DNA of 64,000 nt from Candidatus Multivoradales bacterium (GCA_965248055.1 CBDFIJ010000004.1:1984001-2048000), one strand, 5' to 3'; counted from the first letter of the stretch, positions 48,311 through 58,467 are shown. Numbers and translations: made by a program. The notes: generated by a model not told the origin, from the letters alone.

Positions 48311-49720
48311 ATGAAACCGACCCGTTGGCTCTATCGACCACAGTTCTGGGCGGCCGTGATCTTGGCGTCCTGGGTCGCGGTCGTTATTCCGACTTCAGAT
48401 CCCAGCTTTGTTCTCGGTGGCATTCAGGTCAACGAACCCGACCACCAAGATTGGGTTGAACGTCTGCGCATGAGCGGGATGAATACCGTCGAGGTAACGG
48501 TCTACGCTAAACAGGGTGACTGGAACAGCGCCAACCTGTGGTGGCAGGACGAGCAACCATGGGTGATCCACGAGATCGCCACTGCCCGAGCAGCCGGTCT
48601 TCAAGTGGTGTTGATTTTGAGAGTGGCGCTGGACCACGCGTTTGAAGCCAATCGCCACTACTGGCACGGTCAGATTTGGCCGCTTGAGGATCATCAACTG
48701 GACCAGTGGTTCGATCGCTACCAGACCTTTGTTGAAAAATGGGCCAAGCTGGCCGAGCAGCACGGGGTAGGCATTCTGGTGGTTGGTAGTGAGTTGAACT
48801 CGTTGGCGTCGACCACGGTTGTCGAACGACTTCCTGACCTCCAGGCGTATTGGCTGGATGCCGAGGCGGTGGCGAAGGAACAACAGAGTCTGGAGCGACA
48901 CCGGGAGTCGATTTCGCTGGAGCAATTGGCCACTACTGATGGAACCTCCACTTCCGACCTCGACGAGTTACTTAGCACCAACAGATTGGCACAGCGGCGA
49001 TGGTCAGAAGTCTCAACTTTCCAAGACTCCAGTGATCCGGTGGCGCAGCTAAATCGCCGACGTCAGCTTCTGGATCAGAGGTGGAGAACCGTCATCGGTA
49101 CGGCGCGCTCCCACTTTTCGGGAAAACTGACTTACGCCGCCAACTTTGACCAATTCCAGCAGGTGGGGTTTTGGGATGCCTTGGATTGGATGGGCATCAA
49201 CGCTTATTTTCCCTTGCGCTCGACCTGGTCCACTCGTGGCATCGACTCCTCGGCGCTGCCGGAACTGGAGCAGAGCTGGGAGAAGGTCTTTGGAGAGATC
49301 GAAAACACGCAGCGAGCTGCAAGTGTCTGGCGTCAGCCGGTGCTATTCACGGAACTGGGCTACACCATGAGGCGGGGCTCCACATTTCGACCTTGGACCC
49401 AAGATGGTTTCGACGTCGTCGCTTCTGAGACTGGCGAGCGATTAGTGGTTTGGGACCAACAGCCGATCGACCTCGGCGAACGGGCGCTGGCAGTACGTGC
49501 GTTGCGCAACATTCATCAGCGAATCGGAACTCCGCTACAGGGGATCTTGTACTGGAAGCTGTCAACCCGCAGACCCCATCGAGAGATCGAACCCTTCGTG
49601 CTCTTGATCGACCCGCGATCTGAAGATCCTCTGTTGCGAGAGTTGACCCTGTTCAATCGAAAGACCGGCTGGAGGAGGATCGTGAATCGGTTGCGGCAAG
49701 CCCCGCGCGCTTCAAACTAG
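48311..49720 (+). CDS. GH113-like TIM-barrel glycoside hydrolase, membrane-anchored
   Basis: WF..Y..F...A, VGSEL, W..VI...R..FSGKLTYAANFD, GINAYFPL, LFTELGY. Confidence 0.72.
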   Translation: MKPTRWLYRPQFWAAVILASWVAVVIPTSDPSFVLGGIQVNEPDHQDWVERLRMSGMNTVEVTVYAKQGDWNSANLWWQDEQPWVIHEIATARAAGLQVVLILRVALDHAFEANRHYWHGQIWPLEDHQLDQWFDRYQTFVEKWAKLAEQHGVGILVVGSELNSLASTTVVERLPDLQAYWLDAEAVAKEQQSLERHRESISLEQLATTDGTSTSDLDELLSTNRLAQRRWSEVSTFQDSSDPVAQLNRRRQLLDQRWRTVIGTARSHFSGKLTYAANFDQFQQVGFWDALDWMGINAYFPLRSTWSTRGIDSSALPELEQSWEKVFGEIENTQRAASVWRQPVLFTELGYTMRRGSTFRPWTQDGFDVVASETGERLVVWDQQPIDLGERALAVRALRNIHQRIGTPLQGILYWKLSTRRPHREIEPFVLLIDPRSEDPLLRELTLFNRKTGWRRIVNRLRQAPRASN

Positions 49721-50647
49721 ACGGCGCAGAGTCGGGTCAAGGTCTGGGTCGCGGAACTGAAAGCCAGCGGCTTGCAAAGCGCGCGGAGCAGCTTTGATGC
49801 TGGATAGCAGCATCTCGTCGGCCATTTCGCCAAACGCCAATCGCGCGGCGAAGGTCGGCAAGGGAAGAAACGCCGGTCGGCCTAGGGCTTTTGCCAGCGA
49901 GCGGGTGAACTGACGGTTGGTCACCGGATTCGGTGCCACTACGTTGTAAACCCTTGCGGGCTCGGCGGTGGTGGCGGCAAAGACCGTGGCCTTGGCGGCA
50001 TCATCCAAGCTAACCCACGAGAAGACCTGATGACCGTCACCCACTACGCCGCCAAAACCAAAGCGAAATGGCGGCAACATCTTGGCTAGCGCACCCCCCT
50101 TGGGCGACAAGATGACGCCAAAGCGCAGTCGTACCACTCGTTCGACCAAATCCTCGGCGGACCGCGCAGCGTCCTCCCATTGATGGCAGACCGCGGCCAG
50201 GAAACCAGCCCCCGGCGGCGAGGTTTCATCCATCGGCAACGCTCCTTGCGAGCCGTAGTAGCCGATAGCCGAGGCGCACACTAACCGCATCGGTGGGCTG
50301 GGCATCGCACGCAGTGATTTGATCAGCTTGCGCGTTCCCTCGACCCTGCTCGCCAAGATGGAGTTTTTCCGTTTTTGTGTCCAGCGGCGGGAAATATTTT
50401 CACCGGCGAGGTGGATGACGACATCGAGTGATGGCACCGACTCCGGTTTGAGGATCCCCTTGGCTGGATCCCAGGCGATTTCGTGGCTTCCTTTGGCCTT
50501 GCGACGCACTAGCGCCACGACCTCGTGACCCAAGTCGCCGAGTCGATCGACCACTGCTGACCCGATCAACCCGGAAGCGCCACTGACGGCGATGCGCATA
50601 CGCCGATCCAAGATCGTCGCTGGAGCTTCGCGAATGGGTACTGTCAT
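49712..50647 (-). CDS. TIGR01777 family NAD-dependent epimerase (YfcH-like)
   Basis: GASGLIG, HLAGENI, SAIGYYG, GFLA.VC..WE, GGAL.KM. Confidence 0.9.
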   Translation of the reverse strand: MTVPIREAPATILDRRMRIAVSGASGLIGSAVVDRLGDLGHEVVALVRRKAKGSHEIAWDPAKGILKPESVPSLDVVIHLAGENISRRWTQKRKNSILASRVEGTRKLIKSLRAMPSPPMRLVCASAIGYYGSQGALPMDETSPPGAGFLAAVCHQWEDAARSAEDLVERVVRLRFGVILSPKGGALAKMLPPFRFGFGGVVGDGHQVFSWVSLDDAAKATVFAATTAEPARVYNVVAPNPVTNRQFTRSLAKALGRPAFLPLPTFAARLAFGEMADEMLLSSIKAAPRALQAAGFQFRDPDLDPTLRRLV

Positions 50648-50694
50648 GATTCCGAAGTATAAGCCCTCAGTACGAAGCGGAGCAGAAATGGTGA

Positions 50695-51855
50695 CTAGGG
50701 AGTGATCAGGAGGCTGAGGCGATAAAGAGCTGAGGAGAAAGGGTCAGACAGCGGAGTCACGGTAACCAGGATTTCATCTCCTTCAGGAGTCCAGGCGGCG
50801 GGGCCGACGTGGACAGCTTCCCCAAGATAGTGAGTAGAGAGGGGATCGTTGAACCCGGTCAACGGTGCGAGAAGATCACCCGCAACGTTGGCAACCCAAA
50901 GTTCGGTCCGAGGCAGGAAAGAGGGGGTCTCTCTTTCCAGAGGAGCGAAAGCGGGGAAACCGTCGGTGGTGGCAAAAACAGCGATGTCTTCGGTCGGAGA
51001 AAACGCCAAATACCCATCCCAGGCGGTTGCCGACTCGGTCCAGGGCGCCAGTTCTTTGCTGTCCAGGCGGTAGCGAAACAAATCCTGACCCTCGATCGTC
51101 GAGGGAGGTTGTCTAGAGGTGGCTGACAAGTCGATCGCTAGGTCATCGGGCGCGAACCCAGTGACCGCAACAAAACCCGGTCCTGTGGGTCGATGTTGGG
51201 TGACCTTGGCGAGTTTGGGTGTCGCTCGCGCGAAGCGAAAGCGCCCAACTTGCAATACCCATGACCCCCACACCGATCCAGCAGCGGAGGCTTCCCGCTG
51301 CGTCCAAGCCAGGTGTCCTCCTTCGTGGGAAAACGCAAAGGTGTGAACCGGAGATCCGCCGCGATTGGCGGTATTGGTGAGATTCCAAAATCGTCTGCCA
51401 TCTGCTGACGCCAACCATAGGTCGCTGCCTCGATTGCGACCGGGGATCGAGAGGAAAGGCGTGGGTCGAAAATCACTATTGGCAGTGCGTCGTCGATTGG
51501 ACTCCAAGGGTTTCTCAACCAGGAAGGCGATCAATTCGCCCGAAGGATGCCATTTGGCTGCGCCGGTGTGTTGGCGTTGGAAGTCTGGGCTGTCACAGGT
51601 CAAGCATCGTTCAAAGGTACCGTCGCGGCGCATGGTCCAAATGCGCTGGAAACCGTCGTGGCTGGGACGTTCAAACAATAGCCGGTCCCCTTGCACGGAA
51701 AACTGCGCACGAGCCCCAGATTCTTGTACCAGGGTGACCTGTTGTACCGAGATTGACGGGGTGAGATCAGCGGGAACCTGAGCGAAACCAACCGAGCAGC
51801 AAAACAGCCCCACCCAAGACCACCAGCGTTGGCGAAAACCGACCCTGGAAGTCAT
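50695..51855 (-). CDS. Secreted TolB-like beta-propeller protein
   Basis: Signal peptide; repeated WHPSG/FSHEG/FSPTE/WTPEG blade motifs; start uncertain. Confidence 0.65.
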   Translation of the reverse strand: MTSRVGFRQRWWSWVGLFCCSVGFAQVPADLTPSISVQQVTLVQESGARAQFSVQGDRLLFERPSHDGFQRIWTMRRDGTFERCLTCDSPDFQRQHTGAAKWHPSGELIAFLVEKPLESNRRRTANSDFRPTPFLSIPGRNRGSDLWLASADGRRFWNLTNTANRGGSPVHTFAFSHEGGHLAWTQREASAAGSVWGSWVLQVGRFRFARATPKLAKVTQHRPTGPGFVAVTGFAPDDLAIDLSATSRQPPSTIEGQDLFRYRLDSKELAPWTESATAWDGYLAFSPTEDIAVFATTDGFPAFAPLERETPSFLPRTELWVANVAGDLLAPLTGFNDPLSTHYLGEAVHVGPAAWTPEGDEILVTVTPLSDPFSSALYRLSLLITP

Positions 51856-51866
51856 CTGGCGCACGA

Positions 51867-53288
51867 TTATTCGACTCTTTCGACCCACACCAAGTTGGTT
51901 GTCCCTTCGACGCCAAAGGGTACACCTGCAGTGATCACAATGCGATCACCAACCTGACCCAGGCCGTAGCGGCGGGCGCGCTCGGTCGCCACCTGCACCA
52001 TTTGTTCTGAGGAACTGACCACGTCTGCGAGTTCGGTTCTGACGCCGAAAGCCAAGGCCAAACTGTGGCGCACTTTGGGTACTGGTGTGAGTGCGACGAT
52101 CGGTCGATCGGGGCGGCTGCGCGCCACCCGCCAAGCTGAGGCACCGCTGGCGGTGAACACTAAGATCGCGGTTGCGGAAACCGTTTCGGCAATTTCACAC
52201 GCAGCCCGAGCGATCGCATCCCGAGTGGTCACCGTCGGTTCTCGATTGAGAGAACTGGCTCGCTCGAGAAACTCTTCTGAGGCTTCCACGTTTTCCGCCA
52301 CCAGCCGCATCATTTCCACCGCCTGAACTGGAAATTTCCCTACTGCGGTCTCCGCAGAGAGCATCACCGCGTCGCTGCCGTCGAGGATTGCGTTGGCGAC
52401 ATCGGAGGTTTCCGCCCGCGTGGGCTGTCGGTGACCGATCATGGATTCGAGCATCTGGGTCGCCGTGACCACCGGTTTGCCTGTGGCGTGGGTTCTGGCG
52501 ATCAGACGCTTTTGAATTAACGGCACCTGTTGCGGCGGTAGTTCAACCCCAAGGTCTCCGCGCGCGACCATGATGCCGTCGGCTTCGTTCAAGATCTCGC
52601 TGAACGACTTGACCGCGGCCGGAGTTTCAATTTTGGCCATCAGCTTGGCGCCGGAAGAATTGGAGCGCAGGAGTTCTCGTGTTGCCTCAAGATCTTCAGC
52701 GCTGCGGACAAAACTGTGCGCCACCCAATCGACATCCAGTTCCGCCGCCAAGGCGATCGCCAGGCGATCTTTCTCGGTCAGTGAGGGTAGCTTGAGAGAT
52801 ACCCCAGGGGCGCTCAAGCCTTTGCGCGAAGAGAGCCAGCCACCAGCCTCGACTTCAGCGACCAGTCGACCTTTTTGTTGCTCAACCACGCGAAGCCGAA
52901 CTTCTCCGTCGTTAAGAAGCAGCTCTTGTCCTTTGACGACCGCATCGATCAAGGATGGATGAGAAAGAGAAACGCCGGTTTTTGATCCAAGCACCGGTTC
53001 CGCGTAGAGGTCGAAAGAGTCGCCCGGGGTCAGCTCTACCCCGTCCTGTTCAAAATCTCCGATGCGCACTTTCGGGCCTGGGAGATCCAGTAGGAGCGCC
53101 AGGTTCGCTCCGGTCGAGTTGCGCAACTTGGCAACATTGGCGGCCGCCTCCCGGTGCTGGTTTTCGGTGCCATGGCTGTAGTTGAGCCGTACTACGTCGA
53201 GACCCGCGTCGACCATCTGGCGCAATACCGTGAGGTCTTGCGATGCCGGGCCGACAGTGGCGACGATTTTGGTGCGTTTCTTAGACAT
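51867..53288 (-). CDS. pyk: Pyruvate kinase
   Basis: RTKIVATVGPA, RLNYSHG, AKIET, IMVARGDLGVE, ATQMLESM, PTRAE.SDVANA. Confidence 0.97.
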   Translation of the reverse strand: MSKKRTKIVATVGPASQDLTVLRQMVDAGLDVVRLNYSHGTENQHREAAANVAKLRNSTGANLALLLDLPGPKVRIGDFEQDGVELTPGDSFDLYAEPVLGSKTGVSLSHPSLIDAVVKGQELLLNDGEVRLRVVEQQKGRLVAEVEAGGWLSSRKGLSAPGVSLKLPSLTEKDRLAIALAAELDVDWVAHSFVRSAEDLEATRELLRSNSSGAKLMAKIETPAAVKSFSEILNEADGIMVARGDLGVELPPQQVPLIQKRLIARTHATGKPVVTATQMLESMIGHRQPTRAETSDVANAILDGSDAVMLSAETAVGKFPVQAVEMMRLVAENVEASEEFLERASSLNREPTVTTRDAIARAACEIAETVSATAILVFTASGASAWRVARSRPDRPIVALTPVPKVRHSLALAFGVRTELADVVSSSEQMVQVATERARRYGLGQVGDRIVITAGVPFGVEGTTNLVWVERVE

Positions 53289-53399
53289 GTCTAGCTTTCG
53301 TTATCGGGCTTTCGTTTCTTTGTTCCACCCTACGCTATTGGGCGAAACCAAAGCGCAGCGCGCTGTCGAGACTACGGCATAGCAGCCGTGTGACAGGCA

Positions 53400-53936
53400 C
53401 TAATCAGCCTTTGGGGAGTAGATACCGACGAACAGATCGTTCCACGTCTCTCCACCATCGCGAGAAGCCCGCCAGTGCTGACGAACGGTACTGTCTTCCA
53501 ACGGTGACCAGCGAATCTCATGATTGACCGTCGAGCCATCGGCACCTGGCCGCTCTCCGGAGAGCACCATATCCTCGCCGTCCAACCCACCGACTAAATC
53601 CAGTCGCCCGCCGTTTGCGTCAACCCAAGTCTGCCGCCACTCACCGCCACGAGCATCATAGGTATTGAAACTCTTACCGGTCGAACCCGCCGCCCCTTGC
53701 CATTGTTCCAGCAACACGCAGCCATTGAGAATCGGTTGGATCGAGTTTTCGCCGGCGACTGTGCCGTCTGGTTGAGTCACTGCCCATTCGCCGACCCAGA
53801 AATCGAAATGACGGTATTCATCTGCGGAGCAGGGCGGAGGAGTGGTATCGCTCGGCTGAGCTGCAGCGGTGGATTCCTGCGCCAATGCGACGACAAGAAC
53901 GACGCATAGGGCGAAGGCTAGTAGAAGGTTTTTCAT
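53400..53936 (-). CDS. Secreted hypothetical protein (beta-barrel, DUF1579-like)
   Basis: AGGAG RBS then MKNLL signal; FDFWVGEW, WRQTWVD, SRDGGETW. Confidence 0.7.
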   Translation of the reverse strand: MKNLLLAFALCVVLVVALAQESTAAAQPSDTTPPPCSADEYRHFDFWVGEWAVTQPDGTVAGENSIQPILNGCVLLEQWQGAAGSTGKSFNTYDARGGEWRQTWVDANGGRLDLVGGLDGEDMVLSGERPGADGSTVNHEIRWSPLEDSTVRQHWRASRDGGETWNDLFVGIYSPKAD

Positions 53937-54108
53937 AGGGTGTCTCCTGAATGATGACCAGAGATGCTGATTTCCTAATGACAAGGTTTTTGATGATATG
54001 CGCCCAACGACACAAGATCCCAGGCAGACGTGCCAACAGCCAACTACAATATCCTCAAGGAGGCTCTACCAACAGGCGGCGAGCCCAACTCTGGGGGAAT
54101 ACGCGGCA

Positions 54109-54516
54109 ATGACAACGATCAGTTTTGTCACTTTGGGTGTTGGCGACATCGACGCCACCGTTGAGTTTTATTGCACTGTTTTTGATCTCGCTCCTCCAGA
54201 GGACCGTGCTGGCTTCGTGGTACTGGAAACCGGTGCCACCAAACTGGGGTTCTATCCCTGGGACGGCTTGGCTGAGGACGCTGGTCTTGATCCTATGAAA
54301 GGGGAAGGGTTTGCTGGTGTCTCGCTTTGCCACAACGTCATAACTCGAAATCAGGTTGACACGGTTTGGAAGCGAGCACTGCAATGTGGAGGAGCTGCGA
54401 TCAAGACCCCGGAAAAGACTTCCTGGGGCGGCTATGCGGGGTATTTCGCAGATCTAGATGGCCATCTGTGGGAAGTGGTGTGGAATCCGCACTGGGACCC
54501 GGTGGAGTGGGGCTAA
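54109..54516 (+). CDS. VOC/glyoxalase family protein
   Basis: ISFVTLGV.D, WGGYAGYFADLDGHLWEV.WNP. Confidence 0.88.
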   Translation: MTTISFVTLGVGDIDATVEFYCTVFDLAPPEDRAGFVVLETGATKLGFYPWDGLAEDAGLDPMKGEGFAGVSLCHNVITRNQVDTVWKRALQCGGAAIKTPEKTSWGGYAGYFADLDGHLWEVVWNPHWDPVEWG

Positions 54517-54861
54517 GTGGCAGCAAACGAATCTTGGATCATGTTGCTCTTGGTGTTGGGCTGGTTTGTGATTTGGCTAACGGTTTGTTGGCTGATTGGC
54601 TCAACTTGGTGCTGGTTGGCACAGCAGTATCTGCCGGTCGATGATTTCCAAGGTGAGGAATCGCGGTTTCGCAATGGCAAGCTCAACTGGATCGGCTACG
54701 GCAATTGCCTGACGCTTATCGCTGGTTATCGGTATTTACCTCTAGCCGTCTTTTTTCCCTTTCGCTTTGGTCATCCCAGAGTCTCGATTCCATGGAGTGA
54801 GGTTCGCCTTCGAGCGCAAACTGGCCGTTGGCACTCTTGGGTCGCCCTGAGCTTGCAATAA
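54517..54861 (+). CDS. Hypothetical membrane protein, possibly truncated by a premature TAA
   Basis: N-terminal TM, FPFRFGHP..IPWSE; frame stays open for 32 more codons to TGA at 54960. Confidence 0.5.
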   Translation: MAANESWIMLLLVLGWFVIWLTVCWLIGSTWCWLAQQYLPVDDFQGEESRFRNGKLNWIGYGNCLTLIAGYRYLPLAVFFPFRFGHPRVSIPWSEVRLRAQTGRWHSWVALSLQ

Positions 54862-54978
54862 CAACCCGCCGTTACCTTGCGCGTCTTGAACCAAACAGGG
54901 AACGATCTGATTCAGTTGTCGGGAGGCAGACTTGATAACGTACCCCTGGAACAACGTTGAAGTCGATAGGATCGCTCG

Positions 54979-55797
54979 ATGAGCAAAGCAGATCGATTTG
55001 AATCCATTGCCATCATAGGCTGCGGCAAACTCGGCGGGATCTTGGTTCGGCGCTGGACGGACGATGGGTTGTATCAGCCGCAGCAGGTTCGCGCCACGGT
55101 GCGGCATCAAGCGCGAGCCGAGGCGCTGTCCCAAACCAATCAGTTTGCCGTGGGCACCGACAATGCGGCGGCGGTCGCTGACGCGGCAACGGTGGTTCTG
55201 TGCGTCAAGCCTCATGTCGTCCCAGAAGTTGCCGCGGAGCTGCGTTCCGCCCTGAAGCCGGGGGCGCGGGTGATCTCAGTGGCGGCAGGGGTTACCACCC
55301 GTCAACTCGAGGAGATGCTCGGCGACCAAGTTCCTGTGATCCGGGCGATGCCCAACACGCCCGCCGCAGTCGGTGAGGCGATGACCGCTCTATGTGCCGG
55401 AGCAAAGGCTACCGACGGTGACGTTGAGCACGCACGGGCGCTGTTCGATGCGCTGGGCCGCACGGTGGTTTTGGATGAACATCACTTCGATGCTGTGACC
55501 GGCCTTTCAGCTAGCGGCCCGGCGTTTATCTACGTGATTTTGGAGTCCTTGGCCGAAGCCGGAGTCAAAGTGGGCCTACCGCGTGACACCGCGACCTTGC
55601 TGGCAGCCCAAACTGCGTTGGGCGCTGCGCGCACAGTATTGGAAACGGGCAGTCATCCAGCGCTATTGAAGGATGAGGTCACGACCCCAGCGGGTTGTAC
55701 CGTGGATGGTTTGATGGAATTGGAAGAGGGTAAGTTGCGGGTCACGCTGATCAAAGCGGTGGTCAAAGCGACGCAACGCGCCGGACAGTTAGGTTAA
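54979..55797 (+). CDS. proC: Pyrroline-5-carboxylate reductase
   Basis: IIGCG, VKP, ISVAAG, RAMPNTP, SASGPAF, HPA.LKD.V.TPAGCT. Confidence 0.95.
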   Translation: MSKADRFESIAIIGCGKLGGILVRRWTDDGLYQPQQVRATVRHQARAEALSQTNQFAVGTDNAAAVADAATVVLCVKPHVVPEVAAELRSALKPGARVISVAAGVTTRQLEEMLGDQVPVIRAMPNTPAAVGEAMTALCAGAKATDGDVEHARALFDALGRTVVLDEHHFDAVTGLSASGPAFIYVILESLAEAGVKVGLPRDTATLLAAQTALGAARTVLETGSHPALLKDEVTTPAGCTVDGLMELEEGKLRVTLIKAVVKATQRAGQLG

Positions 55798-55875
55798 TCG
55801 TTTCCGTGATCGGAAGTGGTCGTGGCACAATTCCGTTTTGGACACCGGTGGCCCATTTTTAACAGGAGGAGTGGA

Positions 55876-56715
55876 ATGAGCAGGAAAATTCAGGCATCAC
55901 AATTGACAAAGACACTATTGATTGGCGCCGTGACGGTATTCGCCGCGGGTTTGTTGGCTGCCGAAGCCGTGGTCGAGGTGTCCCAGGGGTCGGTGGCCCG
56001 CTGGGCAGGCAGCGATTGCAGCCAATGCTCGATGAACGGGCGAAGCTGGGATGCAGTTGAAGGCACTTGCTACTACCCGGTGGACATGGCGCGAAAACCC
56101 GACCACTACCAAATCGGCCGGGCGTGTTCCGGCACCTTCGAAACCGGATGGTTGGTGGTCACCGAGAAAGAGTGCAAACAAGAAGATATCGAGTTTCCCG
56201 ACCAGAGCTATGTAGATATTTCTGGGCCCAACCTCGGACGCCACCACGGTGAGCAGTCGCAGGTTAAGCCTCTCTTTCGCCGCCGAGAAGGCAACCCACG
56301 GTTCACCTTGCCGCTGGCCAAGCCGGCTGATTCGTTGCCAGCGAGCGATAATTTTGGTGTTTGCCGTACTTTCAACGGCGAGAAAAAAAATCGCCACACC
56401 GGGGCCGACTACGCCATTTCCGGCACCGCACGCGCGACCGCACCCGGACGAGTAGTCCTTGCTGCCGACCATTTCTTTGCCGGTAATTCGGTGTATATCG
56501 ACCATGGCAACGGCTTGATCTCAATGACCTTTCACTTGAACGAAATTGCCGTTGAACAAGGCCAAGAAGTGAAGGCTGGCGACGCGCTGGGAGAGATCGG
56601 TTCGACCGGACGCTCAACCGGAATCCATCTCCACTTCGGCTTGCGCTGGCACGGCGAGCGCATCGACCCAGACTTGCTGTTTGCCGACCCGTCGCAGTTG
56701 CCGACGGTGTCTTAA
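55876..56715 (+). CDS. M23 family metallopeptidase, secreted
   Basis: AGGAGG RBS; HTGAD (HxxxD), DHG.G, GSTGRSTG.HLH. Confidence 0.9.
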   Translation: MSRKIQASQLTKTLLIGAVTVFAAGLLAAEAVVEVSQGSVARWAGSDCSQCSMNGRSWDAVEGTCYYPVDMARKPDHYQIGRACSGTFETGWLVVTEKECKQEDIEFPDQSYVDISGPNLGRHHGEQSQVKPLFRRREGNPRFTLPLAKPADSLPASDNFGVCRTFNGEKKNRHTGADYAISGTARATAPGRVVLAADHFFAGNSVYIDHGNGLISMTFHLNEIAVEQGQEVKAGDALGEIGSTGRSTGIHLHFGLRWHGERIDPDLLFADPSQLPTVS

Positions 56716-56804
56716 GTAGCGCGCTACCCTGAACGCTCTAGTCGCAAATCGCATTAGCGCCCAAAGCTTCTGTTGGCAGGTGCGCTGGCGTCGTTTCTCG
56801 TGCC

Positions 56805-56875
56805 TTGAACAGGTTCAAAAATCCTTGACATCTTGCTCAGAGGCTCGTAAGGTCACGCCTGTTGAACGTGTTCAA
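56805..56875 (+). promoter_or_regulatory. Sigma70 promoter (TTGACA-N17-TAAGGT) flanked by two TTGAAC-N2-GTTCAA palindromic operators
   Basis: TTGAACAGGTTCAA 56805-56818, TTGACA 56825-56830, TAAGGT 56848-56853, TTGAACGTGTTCAA 56862-56875. Confidence 0.8.
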
Positions 56876-56892
56876 AACACAAAGGAGCAATC

Positions 56893-57288
56893 ATGAATAT
56901 TGTCGTTTCAACTTATGTAACCTACTTGATCATCAGCGTTCTACTGACCATGTGGGTGGCCAAGACTCTTCACAAGAGCGGCCGCGTTTTCTTGGTCGAT
57001 GTTTTTCGTCGAGAGGATCTGGCAGACTCGGTCAATCATCTACTGGTTGTGGGCTTTTATTTGGTCAACCTCGGCTACGTGTCTCTAGCGCTCAAGATGA
57101 AGGGAGAGATTGAATCGCTACGAATCGGTATCGAGGCTTTGTCGTGGAAGGTCGGCGGCGTCTTGGTAGTCCTCGGGTTGATGCATTTCTTCAACCTCTA
57201 TGTCTTCAGCAAGCTGAGAAAACGCTCACTTTTGCACCTCGATCCGCCACCAGTCGATCCCGATCATATCTTGGAGCCTAGCTACTAG
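56893..57288 (+). CDS. Conserved three-TM integral membrane protein
   Basis: AGGAG RBS; G.VFL.DVF, SVNHLLVVGFYLVNLGY, LG.MHFFN. Confidence 0.8.
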   Translation: MNIVVSTYVTYLIISVLLTMWVAKTLHKSGRVFLVDVFRREDLADSVNHLLVVGFYLVNLGYVSLALKMKGEIESLRIGIEALSWKVGGVLVVLGLMHFFNLYVFSKLRKRSLLHLDPPPVDPDHILEPSY

Positions 57289-58067
57289 GGAGTGTTCACA
57301 CTAGTTGATGTATACTCGGTGGATGGAAATAACAATAGAACAATTTGCACGAATCGAGCCTTTTCTTCCACGACAGCGTGGCAATGTATCGATAGATAAC
57401 CTCCAGGTGCTCAACGCGACACTTTACGTTGTAGAACATGGCTGTAAGTGGCGCGGGCTGCCGAAGCGTTTTGGTAATTGGCATACCGTCTATACGCGTA
57501 TGAACCGTTGGGCAAAGAAAGGCGTGCTGGATCGAGTGTTTAGTGAACTGCAACGCCAGCAAGTCATTCAGGTCCGTGTTGAGGCGGTTTCACTCGATAG
57601 CACAGCGGTTAAGGTACACCCTGATGGAACGGGCGCTCTAAAAAAAACGGTCCACAGGCGATCGGCAAGTCGCGGGGAGGATGGACTACAAAGATTCATA
57701 TGGTTGCCGCAGATGCTCGGACCGCAGTGAATTTTTCTCTGTCTCCTGGCAATGCTGCTGACGCGCCAGAGGGTCGTAAGCTGTTGAGGAAGACAACTCT
57801 ATCGGCCAAGTACATGATCATGGACCGAGCGTATGAAGGTAATGAAACACGCCAACTCGTGCTCGATCTTGGTCTCACACCTGTTGTGCCGCCGAAAAGC
57901 AATCGATTACAACCTTGGCTATACGACCGAGAAATGTACAAGAAGCGCAATGAAGTAGAGCGCTTGTTTCGTCGGATATTCTCACGCTTCGACAAATTGG
58001 ACATAATCTTCACATTCTTTATACACTTCGCACTCATTGTCGATGCTATATCTAGTGTTAACACACC
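57289..58067 (+). mobile_element. IS5 family (IS427 group) insertion sequence, about 780 bp, flanked by CTAG
   Basis: Ends CTAG|GGAGTGTTCACACTAG and CTAGTGTTAACACACC|CTAG are imperfect inverted repeats; CTAG at 57285-57288 and 58068-58071. Confidence 0.92.
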
Positions 58068-58071
58068 CTAG
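57323..58071 (+). CDS. IS5 transposase, orfA/orfB joined by a -1 frameshift at A8 (57640-57647)
   Basis: GCKWRGLPKRFGNWHTVY.R..RW, DST.VKVH, LKK/NGPQAIGKSRGGWTTKIH, DRAYE, YKKRNEVER. Confidence 0.88.
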
Positions 58072-58075
58072 GTGA

Positions 58076-58438
58076 ATGCGGCAGATTACTGTCCTCTACG
58101 ATCAGGGGTGCAGCCTCTGTTGCCGCGCCCGTAACTGGCTGGAGCGGCAGACACAGTTTGTGCAACTAGTATTCGTTCCTGCTGGCAGTTATCAGGCCAA
58201 AATAAAGTTCCCGACGATCGATCACGAAGCAAGCAAGGTTGAACTGACGGTGATCGCTGACAGTGGCGAGGTTTACTATGATGCGAAGGCTTGGATCATT
58301 TGCCTGTGGGCACTTCGGGAGTACCGTACTGTTGCGCTTACCATGCGCACTCCTAACACCCAGTGGGCAGCCAAGAAACTTATCTACTCGATATCAAAAA
58401 ACAGACACCGTTTGGCCTTCTCACGGAACAGAAATTGA
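58076..58438 (+). CDS. DCC1-like (DUF393) thiol-disulfide oxidoreductase
   Basis: VLYDQGCSLC (DxxCxxC), AW..CLWAL. Confidence 0.85.
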   Translation: MRQITVLYDQGCSLCCRARNWLERQTQFVQLVFVPAGSYQAKIKFPTIDHEASKVELTVIADSGEVYYDAKAWIICLWALREYRTVALTMRTPNTQWAAKKLIYSISKNRHRLAFSRNRN

Positions 58439-58467
58439 TCCAAGAACCTGAACTGGATGGAGCTGGC

